A DNA stretch of 45,079 nucleotides from Lenisia limosa (lineage: Eukaryota > Protista > Breviatea), in assembly GCA_001655205.1 (NCBI GenBank), contig LPNZ01008746.1:1-45079 (forward strand). The letters are read 5' to 3'. A program made the position numbers and the translations under genes. Shown here one piece after another: positions 25,404 to 37,564 of this stretch. Position 1 is the stretch's first letter; the number at the start of each line of letters is the position of its first letter. The notes beneath the pieces are model-generated. The model was not told where the DNA came from. It worked only from the letters and a program-made list of their open reading frames with translations, and did no database searches.

Positions 25404-28400
25404 ATGCGGAAAGTGTTGAAGGAGTTCAGATTTAAGGTTACAATCTGCGTTAATATGTTTAAATTTTAGCTCTTAAATCTTAATTATATACAAGAAGAAG
25501 GAGAAAGACTGGAAAGGCAACTCAAAAAGCACCTTATACATAAACCCTGGGTACACAAACTTAATCCTCTGAACTTCTGAACAAAGCAGAAACAAAGAAT
25601 ATCAGCTGGAGAATTGGTGTCAATTTATTGAATAGTTGAAGTATTGAGTTGTTTAATGGTGGTATCCAGGTTGAAGAAGTAGCTGCCTGTTTTTCATGGG
25701 CCAATAGAATGCCGAACACCTTGGCTCTGGCTGCTGCCCTGTATGTTCTGCTTGCTGTTATAAATACAAAATTTATCAATTTACGAGAGGAATACTGATA
25801 GACACCCACCCTTTACCCTTTGCCTTGATCTTTTCAGGACAGTTGAGGAGTCGGTGAATCATCGAGTGTTTTGCTTGGTCGCCTCTCAGATGACTCATAA
25901 TGTTGGTGATTTGAACTTTTAAATTTTTTGAAATGGAATTCGAGGGGATAGTCTTGGGGTTTTTTTTTTTTTGTATTTCATTCCTTGTATTCACACATTT
26001 AATATAACAAATCATGTACTGTTTTGTTAAAAATAGTACAATCTTCTGCATCGCACAGTCAATCTTTCCTCTCTGCTGTTATACTTCAGGACAAATGGAA
26101 GGAAGTTTCTCGTACTGAGGATGATATGGGGCACTTCATTGAGTTTATGGTACGTGAGCCTTCTTCAGACATTCCTAATGGGGAGGGGGCGAGTTATCTT
26201 TCTTAAAAATCGAAATATACAATGTGCATACGTAAATATTCTTATATCTTGGTTGAGTCAGTCATTACTTATTGAGTCATAAATGGATTTCTTGACACTT
26301 ATTTAGTTTAGACAAACCTTGAGCTGGTATCACCACCATCGTTCTGCATGCTTTCTTTAGTAGCAGGAACTACCACCATCGCCAAAGGGGTTGGTTAACA
26401 AAACACAGTATTTTCTCAATGCGGTTTTGTTTGCCAAGTTTATTGCGTTCTTCTTCGCTTTTATTAATTCTGATTTCAATTGGCAATTTCAACATGTGTC
26501 TTGGTCTTTGTTACCATATATAGTTGCTGGATTTGGATGAAATTGCGGTGCGCAAGTCGCATAAAGTTCCCCTGCTGTTTGTTGGGTTGCCATCATCACA
26601 TACCCCTTTCTTTCTTATCCTCAAGACCATATCGCGGGGCAGCCCCAATTGCGGAAGTTCAGATCTACTACGTCGGAGGTGGCTACCTCTACGACATCAT
26701 GCGTTGGGGGGGGGGGGGGNNNNNNNNNNNNNNNNNNNNNNNNNNNNNNNNNNNNNNNNNNNNNNNNNNNNNNNNNNNNNNNNNNNNNNNNNNNNNNNNN
26801 NNNNNGATTACTCATTTTTACATGTTTATGAAGTAATAGATAAATACCAAGAGTTTGATCCTATTTATTTTTTGAAAAGTTTGGTGGATTTTATTTCGGT
26901 TCACAGAAGAATCCTCAATATACCCCCCGCCCCGATACTCCCAGCTTGGTTTTTGTCTCTTTATTATGACGTTATGGAGATACATCTTTTATTCACCTCT
27001 TCAGAACCCACCCGACTTGCTGCTCTACAAGCTTCGGTTTGTGGTGTTTTATGACACTACCAATGGCAGATATGCATGATCTATGGAAAATATAGGTTAC
27101 AAAAAAACTATAATGTAGTATTTCGTCAAGACTATGCTGTGTATCCGTTATACAGTAATGTATATGTAGTATGCATACATGATTTTATACATGTGATGTG
27201 TATTTATCTCCCCTATTGTTCCAAATGTCGTTCCTCAGTGCTTAGCAAATACCAAAATCCAGGCACAGTTTGCGCTCAAATTCTTTGGTTTCATTTTGGG
27301 ATGTGATAACATATCGATATGTATATCATTTGTTACCATCATATGATATGTAGTATTAGAGCTTCACTTTCGGTTCCAAAAAAGACTGAATTCTCTCTCA
27401 ATCCTCAATAACTAGTTTTTTTGCCAGATATTTTATTGTATTTCTCACCTCTCTATATCATATAATATGTGAAAAACAGTCTATTTGTTTCAGATTAGCT
27501 TTTGAAGTTGGTTTTAACGTTAAAGGCTGAAGATCGTACCTCACGACTGAGGCAGATTGCTGCTGCGGCTGATATTATAACGCAAAATGTGGGTATTGAA
27601 TCTTTAGTTTTTTTTTAAAAAAATTATNNNNNNNNNNNNNNNNNNNNNNNNNNNNNNNNNNNNNNNNNNNNNNNNNNNNNNNNNNNNNNNNNNNNNNNCT
27701 TGTTTTTCTTAATTTTATTTACCCACTATTTCTAACCTGAGAAGGTACTGGATCTCATGACAGACTTCCGAAAGGTGGGTCCTGGATTATGCTTTCTGTT
27801 TCATTTACATATTACGATGACTTAGAATAAGGGATGAAGTATTATTAACGCTATGAAGATTAAAAAATATAAGCCTTTTGACATTTCAGAAAAAGAAATA
27901 CTCACTTCTTCGTGAAACAAGTCACCTTGGGGAAAAGCTAAAGGTTTGTGACTTCTGGAAGTCTTTTTTCGTATTTAGGATGATAATTGATGTCACTAAA
28001 CCAAATATCATATGTACTAACAGCCCATCCCAAAAGGAGGGCGTATATGGAAGGTGAATGCGTGTTATTTTTTACCTGCCTTTTGAGCGATACCCTGAAA
28101 CCTGTTGTGTGCGAAAAAATATATTTCAACTCCATTAGTACCCGAGTCACTTACAATAAACAGGCACATCAAGTAGAATATCAATCTGAACGTGCACAAG
28201 CTGAGGATGCTGTGCCTGCAGTTCACAACCAACTCACTAAGAGGGACGTTGATAGTCTGCTTCCGCCAGGTTGGTGGGATGGTTTTTTTACTGTTGGCTG
28301 AATAAGAAGGGTTATTTATTTCATGGGGTTTTACATCAGTGATATCAGGGCTTCCCTACGGTCCGAAAAAGACCTTTAAAATATCGATACTCATCGAGGA

Positions 28401-31028
28401 TTTATCGAGATATCCGGGTTTTTGGGACCGTAGGAAAGCTCTACTGATATCGATTCCAGAACGCGTTGGAATTATTTATGCAAAAACAAAGTTGGTTTAT
28501 TTCTAGGCGGGAGTTATGCTATGACTTCGGGAGGACGAAAACCGTTGTTGCCACCAAAACCAAAAGTTTGTTTTCATCATCGATTGTGTAATATACAATA
28601 TAATATGATATGCTTGAATCTTTTATTCGGGAATTTTTTAAACTCTATTAATCCTCTTAGGCTCCAAAACCTTCTTCACTGACACCCCAAAAAACAAAGT
28701 AAGAAGGGACGTGAAAATTACTATAAAACTATGCTCAGACATTTTTGAATTTCTTTGGAGTCGTATTCGAAATTTCTGTAGTTTATTATTTATCCCTCTC
28801 CCCCAAGGAACTTACGCCATCGAACACCTTCGCCAATTCGAAGTAAGCCACTCTCCAACGCCCAGCGCAGCAACTCAGTTGAGCCTCTCATTTCGTACCG
28901 AAGGGACGATGACAGTCGCGAGAGCCTGCATTCCAACGGTTCCACCGGGTATCGTCGTCCGGTTGATCGAATGCCGGTCCAGAAAGCCTGGGGAACACCG
29001 AACAAAACCCCGAAAGCAGTGAAGCCAAGACCAAAGAAGATAACAACAGAGCCACGGTCGGCTCTACCGCGGCCGGCACCTAAGTCCCGAAACAGTCGCG
29101 ATAGGCCGTGGAGACAAACAATGAAAAGTCCTCTTCCTCGGATTGAGTCCCGGGTTTGAGGGATTAGGGGGTTTGTTTCGAAGTGTATATTACAGAATGT
29201 TGAGGAATTGAGATAATATTTCAAATCCCTTATCCGCTCTTACTCATTTCCTGTGTAGACTGATGTTCCATCACCAACATCATCACAGTCATCAATACCG
29301 TCACAGCCTTCGCCACAATCATACCGGTCTCAAAGTCAGGTCCAGTCTACTGCTTCTCCAACTCCCACATCTTCGTCTCCACCACCCAAGCAACCAATGG
29401 ATGATGAAGCGGCTGCTGTGGTTATTCAGGTTTGTCCCCCCCCCCCCTGCTTTGTTGATTTTAGTCCAAGAACAATCTGATTCAAGTTTTCTTTTCAAAT
29501 ATATAGAATTTGAAGGTGGATATTAGTCAATTACTCTCTACGCATTTACCATTCACGTTTCAGTCCAATATTAGAGGACGACAAGCTCGAAAGAAAGCTG
29601 CTGCTATCAAGAGAATCCAAGTAGGGGTATCAATCATCTCGCTTTGAAATCATATTGGGTCTGAAGTGGTTGATTGTTTAGGAGTTCGAAAGTCTACCGG
29701 AAGAGGAACAAGAAGCCCAGCAGTTGGCTGCCATCAAACTTCAAGCTGTTGCACGCGGGCGTATTGCGCGTAACAATGCCAATGCTGAGCGCCAATTGAG
29801 AGAAAGGGAAGAAGCTGCTGTCAAACTCCAGGCACTTCATCGTGGAAATATGGCAAGAAAGGAGGCAGATGCTCGCCGTCAGAGTCAAAAAGAGGAAGAA
29901 TGTGCAATAAAGATCCAGAGTGTTGTGCGTGGTAAGCAAGACCGAAAGAAGGTCGAAAGAACACGTATCGCTAATCACTACGAGAGCTTGTCGGAAGAGG
30001 AACGAGCTGATGCAGAAAAGGCGACTGTCAAGATCCAGGCCCACATTCGCGCTCATCTTGCGCGTGCAGAGCTCATGCAACGGAAGGAGGAGAAGGTTCG
30101 AGATGAGGCAGTTGTGAAGATTCAAGCTGTTGCTCGTGGACGCATTGCCCGGAACCAGCTGAAGGAAGAACAGAGTGTGAAGGAAGAAGAACTACTTAAT
30201 TTTGAGGAAATGCCCAAAGAAGAAAAGGAAGAGATGGAAGATGCAGCAGCAAAAATTCAAGCGGTGATGAGGGGAAGGCAAATTAGAAAGGAATTGAATG
30301 AACAGAAGGAAGAAGCGAAGACTGAATCTGAAGAAAAGGAAGAAAAGAAGGAAGAAGAGCTACCTAATTTTGAGGATATGCCCGAAGAAGAAAAGAAAGA
30401 GATGGAAGATGCAGCAGCAAAAATTCAAGCAGTGATGNNNNNNNNNNAAAAGGAAGAAAAGAAAGAGAAAACTGCAGAAAAGATGGAAGAAGAGCTACCT
30501 AATTTTGAGAAAATGTCTGAAGAAGAAAAGAAAGAGATGGAAGATGCAGCAGCAAAAATTCAAGCAGTGATGAGGGGAAGGCAAGTTAGGAAGGAATTAA
30601 ATGAAGAGAAGGAAGAAGTTAAAACACAATCTGAAGAAAAGGAAGAAAAGGAAGAAAAAACTGCAGAAAAGATGGAAGAAGAGCTACCTAATTTTGAGGA
30701 CATGCCCGAAGAAGAAAAGAAAGAGATGGAAGATGCAGCAGCAAAAATTCAAGCAGTGATGAAGGGAAGACAAGGTAGAAAGGAATTGAATGAAGAGAAG
30801 GAAAAAATGAAGACTGAATCTGAAGGAAAGGAAGAAAAGAAAGAGAAAACTCCGGAAAAGACCGAAAAAGGGCTTCCTAATTTTGAGAAAATGTCTGAAG
30901 AAGAAAAGAAAGAGATGGAAGATGCAGCAGCAAAAATTCAAGCAGTGATGAGGGGAAGGCAAGTTCGGAAGGAATTGAATGAAGAGAAGGAAGAAGGAAA
31001 GGAAGGAGAAAGGGTCAAGGCTGAATGA
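25404..31028 (+). CDS. IQ-motif (calmodulin-binding) repeat protein with a low-complexity Ser/Pro middle and a Glu/Lys-rich repetitive C-terminus
   Basis: Spliced exons run from VEEVAACFSW.. (25670) onward to DEAAAVVIQ|SNIRGRQARKK..IQ| and a long terminal exon (~29683-31028). There are 11 IQ-like motifs, e.g. IKLQAVARGRIAR and AKIQAVMRGRQVRK. The start codon is tentative and three N gaps fall inside. Confidence 0.8.
27358..27390. mobile_element. Partial MITE copy (left end only) in an intron of the IQ gene
   Basis: AGAGCTTCACTTTCGGTTCCAAAAAAGACTGAATT resembles the left arms of the copies at 5111 and 33952. No right arm is visible. Confidence 0.5.
28347..28442. mobile_element. Short MITE-like element, copy 2, in an intron of the IQ gene
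   Basis: Arms AGGGCTTCCCTACGGTCC and GGACCGTAGGAAAGCTCT are 16/18 complementary. Flanking 9-mers AGTGATATC and ACTGATATC are 8/9 identical. Internal ATATCGAT. Confidence 0.75.
30198..30990 (+). repeat. Coding tandem repeat, five units of ~168-189 nt (NFE.M..EEK.EMEDAAAKIQAVM.GRQ.RKELNE)
   Basis: AATTTTGAG anchors at 30198, 30366, 30501, 30690 and 30879 give spacings of 168, 135 (spans the N gap), 189 and 189. Confidence 0.9.
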
Positions 31029-31243
31029 AGTATTTAATCAAGGTTTCTTTCGTATATTGTATTTGTATATTGTGATTTATTGTGTAATCAACCTTTCAAA
31101 AAACAAATAACCATTTCTAATCGTGTTCAACAAAGTAAAGTTGTAGATTATAATATCAATTTGGACAATCCCTCAAATAAATATTTGAATAATGCATGCA
31201 CAACCATGTTTGACCCCAAACCCATAGAAATAAAAGAGACAGA

Positions 31244-34200
31244 TTAAACTTGGTTCCATCTTTGGGCAGCGGGGCCGCGAGGAGGAGCACGACTGAAGGG
31301 AATAAGAGAAAATCGACTGAACATGAACCATGATTAAGCTACACCTCCGTTATTTAATGCATGAAGGAGAACCAAGTTAGGAAACCAACACTATATCATA
31401 TGAGGTTAAAGTATGGATAAACTAATAATAAAAATCCACCAACCCTGGTGGGCCTGGGGGAGCTCTGCCTGGAGGTCCAGGGGGGGCTCTTCCAGGAGGT
31501 CCCGGGGGAGTACGTCCTGGGGGTACGCCGCGAGGAGGTCCGGAAGGGGGTCCTCTGGATAGATAAGCACAGAGTGTTGTAACTGCTCTTTGGGTACACA
31601 AAAGCACAGGTGATATAAAAAAAGGAAACCCAAAACAAAACAACACAGCTCTGAGAGCGCTGACCTTGCAGGGGGTTGTCTGGCCTGCGGGGTATGAGTA
31701 AATAATAAAAGTGCAAAAATTGCGGTAAATCAGTACTACACTGTCCATACACTTTTGCAAATGATTGTAAGTTATTCGCAGAATTGATGTAAATCAGAGA
31801 TTGTGAAAATATTCACAAAAAAGGCTTGAAATGATGATTAGAAGATAAGTTGTACTTCGTACTAGAGGAGGCGGCTGTGACCCTGTCATTGATTTTGGAG
31901 CCTTGGATGGCTTGGAAGCCTTCACTGTCTTCACAGGTTTCGGCTGAACTGTTTTTGCGGGTCGTGAAACGGCTACAGCCCCTGACCCAGCACAAAGAGA
32001 CTTCATCCCCCCTGCACGGCCAGCAGCGACCACAAATGCACCAGCACAGACGCCCAGGAAGGCAACACCTGCAAAGACTGCGAGGTAGGCGCCAGTGCTA
32101 CTTGCGAGGAGCGCTGCGAGTGTGAATTATTACAATTCAACCAATGATGTGGTTGAATCCCCCCCTCCTCCCCATCCAGCGCACACTCATCCTTCATTTC
32201 GGGGTCTTCTCCCATATCTACACAAATAAATAGTGAAGGGAGTTCAAAAATAATATAGAATAATGAGACAAAAGCAAAAATGTAAAACGGAGAAGCTCAA
32301 GATCTCTTTCAACATTATTTATGCATTATATTCTGAAGATAAAATCTCATCATACCCACCTCCATAAGTGACAAAATAGAGTTTAGTAGTAGGGAGGTCA
32401 TCTTGGGACGGCTGAGAACTGGCGTGGTTCCATGTATACACCCATCCCGCTGCACCAGAGGGATATTCAATAAAGGGATCTCTCTCACTAGATGGAGGTG
32501 AAACAAATTGCAGAGAAATGACAGCCAGTATCACTATCCAACCTGAAAATGGCTTCCTTGGTGATTTCGATTGTATTGGTAACTGAAAAGCCAGATGTCA
32601 TCTCAGCAAGGTAGTACTTGTGGTCAACTGCTGCCTTTTCTCTGTACCCAACAACTGCATCATCAGCAAGAGAAGAGACTATGCCATCTCCCGGCTTAAT
32701 TTAATCAAAACAAATATAAAACTCCGTAGTCTCCCCCGTGCTCCCCCCCCCCCNNNNNNNNNNNNNNNNNNNNNNNNNNNNNNNNNNNNNNNNNNNNNNN
32801 NNNNNNNNNNNNNNNNNNNNNNNNNNNNNNNNNNNNNNNNNNNNNNNNNNNNNNNNNNNNNNNNNNNNNNNNNNNNNNNNNNNNNNNNNNNNNNNNNNNN
32901 NNNNNNNNNNNNNNNNNNNNNNNNNNNNNNNNNNNNNNNNNNNNNNNNNNNNNNNNNNNNNNNNNTGGAAGCAAATATATTTCTCAGTAGACATTTTCCT
33001 GCTTCAATATTTTACAGGTCATGAAGATATCTTTATCAATTCGGTCCAGCATACTTGTTGACTTTGGTTAATATCAACAATGGCAACGTCATTCGTCGGG
33101 TACGCCTTTGCCTTATCTAGAGAAATGATTATGGTCTAGTGTTCCGCATATGGGACAAGGACGGGAGGTTACATGTTCAAGGAAACTTATACAGTATTAT
33201 ACAGTGACCCGTAAAGTCTTGGCCGATTTGTTATGTGGTTTCCCAAAGAAATTCGGCCAACACTTATCCCGGACACTGTACATGTATTATATGTATGAAC
33301 AACATATAAGTACCTCAAGTACCCCCCCCCCCTTTCTCACCCATGTTGGGAGTGGACACTGCTGCCACAAATCCATAATGTTTGTTTGCAACCATGTCGC
33401 CAAGTCCGCCATTAGTGGCACCGGCCGCGTTGCCGTCGGAGTCCAAGACGTGCGTGTTGTGGTTGAGGAAGAATCCCGTACCTGATGGATGTCAATCTCG
33501 GAATTGGAGGAATAAAGCTCTCATGATCAAATGTACCAATACTCTTATACTATATTCCGATGTAAAATAGATTTGCAATACAGTATGATGAGGCCTGTTA
33601 TCACACAGCCGTGAAAAATAAGAAAATACCCAACATTTATTTATATTTGATACATGTATCACAGAATGTTTCTTTCGTCTCGAATATCTTTCCCAATAGA
33701 AAACGTCGAGTTTATAGGTAGGGTAAATGGAGATACCAACCTGGGTAGGCGTCACTGAGGCACATTACAGCGCTTTCCTTGAGTTCATGATTGTGCGAGG
33801 CGATTTGCCCCATTGAGTGGCTGCATCCCCAGCTGAAACAATGAATTCACAAAAGGTGCTTGCCATATACATACACACATATAGCTACATATGATACACA
33901 GTCTATAATATACAGTGTTAGAGAGCGTGAACATTCACTCATAGTTAGCATTGGGTTTCACTCCAATCCAGAAAATGACTGAATTTTTCAAAAAAATTAT
34001 GGATAGACTGTATGTATTTCGATATTTTACCGATTATTTTCTTGGACTGGAGTGAAGCCCTTGTAAGCATGTATTAATGTAGCCATATCATCTGATATTT
34101 ATTAATTATAATATTATTATGTATGATATAGTATATTACTAAAACTATACATGTAATACATCAAAATAATAATACTGATTATAACATGTAATTAATTGTA

Positions 34201-36372
34201 ACCCAATCTAACTATTCAGTATGTCNNNNNNNNNNNNNNNNNNNNNNNNNNNNNNNNNNNNNNNNNNNNNNNNNNNNNNNNNNNNNNNNNNNNNNNNNNN
34301 NNNNNNNNNNNNNNNNNNNNNNNNNNNNNNNNNNNNNNNACCCCATCTCTTCAGAGCATCTCCTTCGGAAGGTTACAATGGTACCAATCATTCAAATAAA
34401 GTTTGATCCATAGAGAGACTGAGCTAAGTTGTGATCGATATGAATCAATAAAATTTGATTTGCCGTGTCCATTATAAGAAAGTAAGCCTACCCTCATGGC
34501 CAGGTTCAAGCCCTGCACACATCGTGGTGATAGAATGAACCTTTTGAGGTTAGAAGGAAAAGTTTTCAACAGCTATTATTTTGAATAGGCTCGAAATCTC
34601 GCAATTTAGTACAATGAAGAAAAAAAAGCGTCCCCTTAACCTTGTAATACGCAGTGTATTCATAGCCTCGTTCAGTGTTACCAAATACAAGGCGACTGTC
34701 CCCCTACACCTTGAGCAAATTGACCAACTTTCAGTAAAAAGAAATATGATAATTACAAAACACTGTATAGAGAAGCAAATGGGCAAAATAGTTTTTACCG
34801 TTATGTTTATAGGGCTACATATCCGGATCAGGATCCGGGTACCCGTAAATATAGCCATAGTTACGTTGAAAAGGAGACAGCAAGATAAATACAACAAAAG
34901 TATCATGTACCATCTGATACAAAAGATTCACTGTATCCGACCGACACTATCGTTTAATTTTAGCGGAACCAGAACACCCACCCCACCCACCAAGGAAAAG
35001 TCAGTGATTCTGTCGTCAATTACGGAGCCGACATTGAGAACAGCGCCAGACATGTCAAGTTGAACGAACTCCAGAGTGTCGCATGATGGGCACGGCCCGG
35101 GTGGCCCGCATGACTTAACAGGTCAGGGCTGTTCGCCTTTCAAGTTGAACTATACAAGACTGCTAAGATACCCAAAATCCAAGAGAGGCAATGATACAAT
35201 ATTGCACAATTTTGGGACAAAAGATAAAGCATGGAAACTGGTCTCGTTGATGAATATAGAGGGAAATAAAAAGCTGTAAATATTGTCCGATATAAGCAAT
35301 CGTTATTCTTAAACTATAAACTGGTTCAGGTGCTTGATCTGACTTTAAACGGGCATATCTCAAGTCCTATGAATGAAGAGTGTATGTTTTAGCATTGTGA
35401 AAGAAAACACCCCTCTCACAGCACAACCTTCGCCTCTGCGAACTAAAAGCGAAATCTAAACATAAATGAGACTATTTATAAAATGTTGATCCATATCATA
35501 GTGATGTGGTATATGACCGCCTTTCAAGTCGAAATGATAAATGCAGATAACAAGACAGTTCCTCTTAAGTGTATCAGAGTATCATTGAGACTTGTCGGTC
35601 AAATATCATAAGAGAGGACATAAGGGACATATGAGTGGAAAATGATAGTCAACATGTGTACCAAAAAGTGAGATGAGAAGATATTAAGGCAGCAAAAGCA
35701 CATAAAAGTGTAAACAATGTTGGTTGTCAGGAATTAGAACTATAATAACGCGTTGATAAATAGTGGAAACAAAATATGTTCCCATCCGCCTTGCGAGAAC
35801 AGTACCCACTTACCTTTGGTTCCAAGATCGTTTCTCCGTCTTCAGGTTCAGGTACATCTTCCTCAATTACTAATCCACGGAGCTGGGTTGTCAAAGAAGA
35901 GGTAGTTTACACAGCCGCACATCTCATAAACTCAGATAAACTCAGGGGATATCGATATTATACTAAACTAATAATCTTGATGGTCTGAATAGATTGGGAT
36001 ACTACTTAGATTTATAACTGAATATGAAGTCATTATTTTAACAGCTGACAGAAAACACCGGCTCACCTCAACACACTCCACGCGGAAGTGATCCTTGACT
36101 GCAGCTGTGTGTGGGTTGACGCGAAGAATATGACAGCGTCTCTCTAGTGATGTATAGCCAACCCAGAGGAATCCTGATACTGACAAATGTGTATATATGG
36201 GAAGCGGGGGCGTGTTAGAACCGTGGTATTGTTCATTGTATCGGAAGACGTGTTCAGAGTATCGAGCCACTCCGCCGTCATCTTCAACTGTGATATTCAG
36301 GCGCCTAAGCCCTTCAATTTCCGCGTGACATGCTGCAAGAAGGCAGAGAAGGAGAAGCGTCCACGTATCCAT
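31244..36372 (-). CDS. Type I membrane protein: signal peptide, uncharacterised ectodomain, one TM helix, Lys/Pro-rich then PPG/PPGR-repeat cytoplasmic tail
   Basis: Signal MDTWTLLLLCLLAACHA. Ectodomain exons FLWVGYTSLERRCHILRV, LRGLVIEED, GDSRLVFGNTERGYEYTA, GLEPGHEG and WGCSHSMGQIASHNHELKESAVMCLSDAYPGTGFFLNH. TM AYLAVFAGVAFLGVCAGAFVVAAG. Tail RGPPSGPPRGVPPGRTPPGPPGRAPPGPPGRAPPGPPG|RAPPRGPAAQRWNQV*. Confidence 0.75.
33952..34061. mobile_element. Short MITE-like element, copy 3, intronic
   Basis: Arms TGGGTTTCACTCCAATCCA and TGGACTGGAGTGAAGCCCT are 16/19 complementary. Flanks AGTTAGCAT and TGTAAGCAT are 7/9 identical. Confidence 0.75.
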
Positions 36373-36628
36373 CTTAATACAAAACTCTCTTGATTTTTCA
36401 CCGTATCAATATATATATATATCTATATATCATAATAAATTATTTGATTATTTGTGTTTGATTTTTTCACCACAGGTTTTATACAAATGAAGACGCAACT
36501 GCATCCCCAGGTCTTAATTGAATCTGTCTCGCCGGCGGAGATTTCACTTTTTATATATCTTGAACCAGAGAGGAGGACCCGGCGGCGGATAGGGAAAGAT
36601 TCCTCCAGCCCGCCCTGCGCCCTCCAAC

Positions 36629-36766
36629 CAGTATGATAAATGGAAGGGAATACGGATGGGAGATGATGAAGAGGAGAAGTAAGGCAGAAAAGGAGAAGAG
36701 TTTTGAGATGAGGAATAAGTACACCGAAGCGATAAGGATGGCAGTAATAATGATCACAAAACATGC
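36629..36766 (-). CDS. Possible hydrophobic exon; either part of a small membrane-protein gene or an upstream exon of the 36372 gene
   Basis: 138-nt phase 0-0 segment between CTAAC..TTAAG and GTTGGA, encoding ACFVIIITAILIASVYLFLISKLFSFSALLLLFIISHPYSLPFIIL. The ATG at 36372 is itself directly preceded by a TTTTGTATTAAG acceptor-like sequence. Confidence 0.3.
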
Positions 36767-37564
36767 CTTAAGTTGGTTAAAAGGTTAGAAGATGGCAGTA
36801 TTAAGAAAATATCTCCTTCCTCGAGTCGATTGAGTCGATCAAACTGCCCTTCCTCAAAAGGGAACTGGTTGAATTCTAGTTACAATAACCAAATTGGGTA
36901 GTTGCCTCTGTGTGGTCTATACCCCGGGTACCTTTTATTTACTGAGTTCTTGAGGAAGGTGACAGCAAAGAGCCGGAAAAAATATATCCTGGGGAGTAGA
37001 GGGAATTATGGAGGTGTTGAATCGATCTGTTGACGGACTGGGGGAGAGGGACTTATGAATCAAGGTAATAAAAAAAAAACACAGTAATTATAACACAAAA
37101 AGAACGATTAGCACAAGTTTAACTTTAACACAATATAAAACTGTTGAAAACGTGATAGGAGTAGAAAAAATGGAATTAGTACAGAAGATTTACCCAGTCT
37201 TTTTCCTTATAAGGAAACTGCATCCTTTTTCTTTCATCCGTGTCCCTTAGTGGCCTACACCATATGGTTTAATTGACCTAAGTAATATTGTTGCTAAAAA
37301 ACAGAGATTCAGTAAAATAACGGCTCCATATCGAGTTTTATTGTCATACAGATGAACCAGCTCTGCTCTGTCTCGCTTGAGGTCGAGGTATGAGTTTATT
37401 GCTGAGATATTAGGCAATATTATACTTCTTTCAGCTGATTCTTAAGATGATATCGATTCTAAATTAATAATATAATCCGAGTGTGTGTGTAGTTGTGTTT
37501 TACAATGAATATCTACTGATAAAGGTCTCTTTTCTGACGTTTCAGACCAATCTTCTCCTGCATC

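Noticed and set aside
30198-30990. Regular repeat-spacer-like pattern resembling a CRISPR array
   Set aside because: The units are long, in frame and encode IQ motifs, the intervening sequences are homologous to each other, and the context is eukaryotic with no cas genes.
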